Shown here piece after piece: positions 60,896-64,000 of a stretch of DNA of 64,000 bases (within the stretch, counting starts at the first letter, position 1; every line of letters begins with the position of its first letter). The stretch covers positions 8,928,001 to 8,992,000 of the forward strand of contig OU015566.1 in the NCBI GenBank assembly GCA_907165135.1, given 5' to 3'. A model generated the notes under the pieces. It had not been told where the DNA came from. It was given only the letters and a program-made list of their open reading frames with translations, and ran no database searches. This DNA is from Oikopleura dioica (Eukaryota; Animalia; Chordata). The position numbers were made by a program, and so were the translations under genes.

Positions 60896-62288
60896 TTAAG
60901 CGTCCATGACTTCCTTGACAGCCTGGATGAGCTTCCACTTGGTTGGCATGTAGAGAGGCTCGTGGACGTGGGGGAAAGGAGTGTCAAGTCCACAGACACG
61001 CTGTGGCGGAGCTTCAAGGTCGAAGAAGCACTCGCTTGTGATGGTAGCTTGGAGTTCAGCACCGAATCCACAGGTGATTGGAGCTTCGTGAGTGATAATG
61101 CATCGACCGGTCTTACTGACAGAGTTGCAAACGGTTTCGCGATCCCATGGAAGAATTGAGACAAGATCAATCACCTCGATGGAGATACCGAGCTCTTCTT
61201 CCACGATGCTAGCGACCTGAAACTCCGTTAGTCCCTGGATGAGCAGTGATTATTACCTCTCGAACGACGTGAATTTGAGTGCCCCAAGAGAGCATGGTCA
61301 TGTCAGTTCCTTCTCTGAGAACGTCTGCCTTTCCAAGAGGAATCTTGTAGTGTCCAACAGGGACTTGCTCCTCGGCAGCTCGGTAGAGGATTTTTGGTTC
61401 AAAAACAATGCATGGGTTGTCATCTTCGAAAGCAGAAAGGAGAAGACCCTAAAATAATATGATGAGCATTTCTTGCCCCGGAATGATCGAAGTACCTTAG
61501 CCTGAATTGGCGATCGAGGGACGCATACTTTGAGTCCGGGTGTATGAGCAAAGTAAGCTTCAGGAGACTGTGAGTGGTAGTGAGCACCGTGTCCGACAGC
61601 AGCGCATGGAGATCGGATAGTGAGCTTGCCACAGTCAAATTCATTTCCAGATCGGTATCGATATTTAGCAGCTTCGTTAACGATCTTCGTAATTACATTG
61701 AATAAAGAATACATTGAAAATTGTAGCAATACCTGGTCAAAAGCGGGGAAAATGTAGTCAGCAAACTGAATCTCTGCGATAGTGCAAGCTCCAGCGACGG
61801 CGGCACCAATGCCGAAGCCGGCGATTCCCTTGAAATGGATTAATTTAAAAAGTCAATCAATCGAAGGATGAAAGGAGCTGTAAATCGATTACCTGTTCGC
61901 AAAGAGGGCTGTTGAACACTCTGTCCGATCCATACTTGTCCATCAAGCCATCCTTTCAAAACGATATTAAAAAAATAGAGCGTGAGTTTAAGCTTACAGT
62001 GCAACGGAAGACGCCACCGAATTTAACATCTTCACCGAAAACGATAGTGGATTCATCCCGAGCGAGCTGGATATCTAGAGCAAGAGTTGACTCCTTGAAG
62101 AGTTGATGGAATGAATTACCGATAGCGCTTTTGATTGCGTTGCACATATTAGTCTTTTCCGTAGCTCCCAGCTCTGCTGGAGCATCGTCCGGCTGGAATT
62201 TAAAGTGCATGTGAGTTCGGACACTGGCAGTAGCATTGACTCCCCGGCTGAGCATCGCTCGTGCCGTCTTTCGGGTAACGCCAATCAT
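60896..62288 (-). CDS. BCKDHB: Branched-chain alpha-keto acid dehydrogenase E1 beta
   Basis: [103 protein letters not shown]. Confidence 0.96.
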
Positions 62289-62443
62289 TCTAGCAAAGAG
62301 ACACGGTTTGAATGAACTGTAGTTGTTTATTTTTTCTCATGTTTCATGTTATTTATAGTCGAATTCGCAGAACATGGGCGGTTCAATAAATAGGGGGTTT
62401 GGTTGGGTTGATTTCGCCGTTGTTTTGCCACAGAAATGTGAAT

Positions 62444-63147
62444 TTAGTGGCTGAGTGGGTGGAGTCGGTTGCCCTGCTTGTCGTATCGGCCGTGGAAATG
62501 CTTCTCGAGGATGTATTCGAATTCGGCGTCACCAATCTGGTGCTGGGCTCGGTATTCGGGGTCTGATTTATTCCTTTAATTTTCTGCGAAAGAATGAAAA
62601 TTCGTACCGAAGACTCCAGCGCCGGGTCGAGGACCAGGGAAACTACCCTCGAATGATCGCCAGAAGAAACCAGGGTGGGGGTAGAGATCGTACTATATTG
62701 ATGATTGATAAAGATTTTCATCAAGTTTTCTTACCTCGTTGTCACCGTCAACGTAGCCAGGACCAGCGGCGTTGAAGTGGTCGTTGTGGAAACCAGACTT
62801 CATGCCAGAAGAGAAGGGCATCTTGGTCTTTCGGCCGTTACCGTTTCCGAGGAGCTCGTGGAAGCTAAAGTTATGATTGAATGTATCTTCCAGAGAAGTT
62901 TTTTGTTCACTTACGCCTTGGTGTCGACCTTGGTTTCATAGGGGTTGACGGCGATTCGCTTGTCGCAGTTGAGGATGGCACCGATGACGAAGACGGTTCC
63001 GACGAAGAAGGAGGTCTAAATATTCATAAATCTTCTGGAGGTAAGTAGAAAGGTTACATCTCGCCAGAATCGGGCAGTAGTTTCGGTGAAGTAGTGACCG
63101 AATCGGACGGGGGCGGCGACAACGGGTCTTGCAAGCTTGGAAAGCAT
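62444..63147 (-). CDS. COX6A: Cytochrome c oxidase subunit 6A-like with C-terminal extension (about 174 aa, 5 exons)
   Basis: Mitochondrial presequence-like MLSKLARPVVAAPVRF; ARFWRDTSFFVGTVFVIGAILNC (TM) and KTKMPFSSG..GFHNDHFNAAGPGYVD align by eye with COX6A ARMWK.LT.FVA...MLN and RTKPFPWGDG..LFHN.H.NP.PTGYED. Confidence 0.7.
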
Positions 63148-63252
63148 TCTAGAATACTCTTGATTGAACCCTTTTTGTTTTCTATCATTATGCGTGTTTT
63201 TACAGGGGACTCGGCAGATCGGGCAGTTATAATTGAGCGAATAAAGAAATGG

Positions 63253-63701
63253 TTAGTTTGGCTTTTGCGGGCGACAACCGTCCGGGACTGGGAATTTGTC
63301 TGGATGAGTTATTTCCATGAGCTTTTTTATTCTCAGATTCGCTGATCCTTGAGCCGTCGCCATTTGCTCCATTTCTTTCAGCTGGCCGTAAACGGAGCCC
63401 TCGTGAGTTGTGCTGCAGGTGACCTAGAATCGGTGATGATTCCAATTGGACAAACGAGTTTAGAGCGAACCTGGCTGAGATAATGAATTTGGTTCGTCAA
63501 GGCACCTTCGACTTCGTCAATCTCCTTGAGAAACTTGTCGGTCAGTTTGACAGCATTCTTTTCCGATATCTTTTCAGTGCCAAGCTCGCCAATGACTTGT
63601 CCACAGTTCTTGATCGCACTGACAAGCTGCTTCTCAATTTGGTCAAGCGCTTTCAACTTGCCCTCTGTGTCAAGTGATGATATAGCTTCTCTCTTCGCCA
63701 T
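63253..63701 (-). CDS. MED11: Mediator subunit 11
   Basis: KLKALDQIEKQLVSAIKNCGQVIGEL...VEGALTNQIHYLSQ|VTCSTTHEGSVY matches the MED11 IRYLTQV..GQPHEGSSY motif. Confidence 0.85.
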
Positions 63702-63763
63702 TCTAGAAAATCCGCTCTGTATCAAAAAGGTTGAATATGAATTATCGAATTTGAGTATTGATG

Positions 63764-64000
63764 TCAAACATCAGAGAACATTTGAAGCTGAGTGTGAGGC
63801 ATGGCGATGTGAGATGATCCGATGTAAATATCGGAAGTAAATGAACAAGTATTTTTAGATGTAAACCAGCTCGAAGAAGCCTTGAAAGTTTGATTTGAAA
63901 GCTCGTATGCTGCGCGCATCTCAGAAGGAGCAACTCCTCCGAGGATAAAAACAACTGTCTTTCGCTTTTGAGTTCCAGATTTTAAACTAAATTTCAAAGT
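63764..64000 (-). CDS. STXBP1: Sec1/Munc18 family protein, 3' end only (runs off the window)
   Basis: VVFILGGVAPSEMRAAYELS...IYIGSSHIAMP matches the Munc18 C-terminal IFILGGVS.NEMRCAYEV...LIGSTHILTP. Exact paralogue is uncertain. Confidence 0.75.
   Translation of the reverse strand, partial: TLKFSLKSGTQKRKTVVFILGGVAPSEMRAAYELSNQTFKASSSWFTSKNTCSFTSDIYIGSSHIAMPHTQLQMFSDV

Overview
Eukaryotic, very compact animal genomic DNA. Introns of 35-55 nt, same-strand gene runs with 40-300 nt spacers and several non-GT splice donors point to an appendicularian tunicate such as Oikopleura (inference, not proven). All gene models were spliced and translated by eye and homology calls are from remembered family motifs, not database searches. 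0-17 kb is gene-sparse and rich in non-autonomous TIR elements; it holds a small secreted-peptide gene, GSTZ1 and a secreted VWA-domain gene. 17.35-41.77 kb is a direct tandem duplication of about 12.2 kb that contains most of an alpha-neurexin-like gene; the gene continues beyond the right copy, so the left copy is 5'-truncated. 45-64 kb is gene-dense: a secreted Met/Asp repeat protein, IFT80, a CUB membrane protein, a 61-aa smORF, POLE4-like, SLC12A9, a coiled-coil protein with an MGGCVS N-terminus, CCDC12, MTFMT, AMFR, SNRPD1, BCKDHB, COX6A-like, MED11 and the 3' end of a Munc18 gene. The strongest novel candidate is a pair of mutually exclusive exon sets encoding the N-terminal half of neurexin LNS6, together with a retainable in-frame intron at the SS4-equivalent position. 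No rRNA, tRNA or CRISPR array was found. Several 1-nt homopolymer frameshifts suggest residual assembly error.
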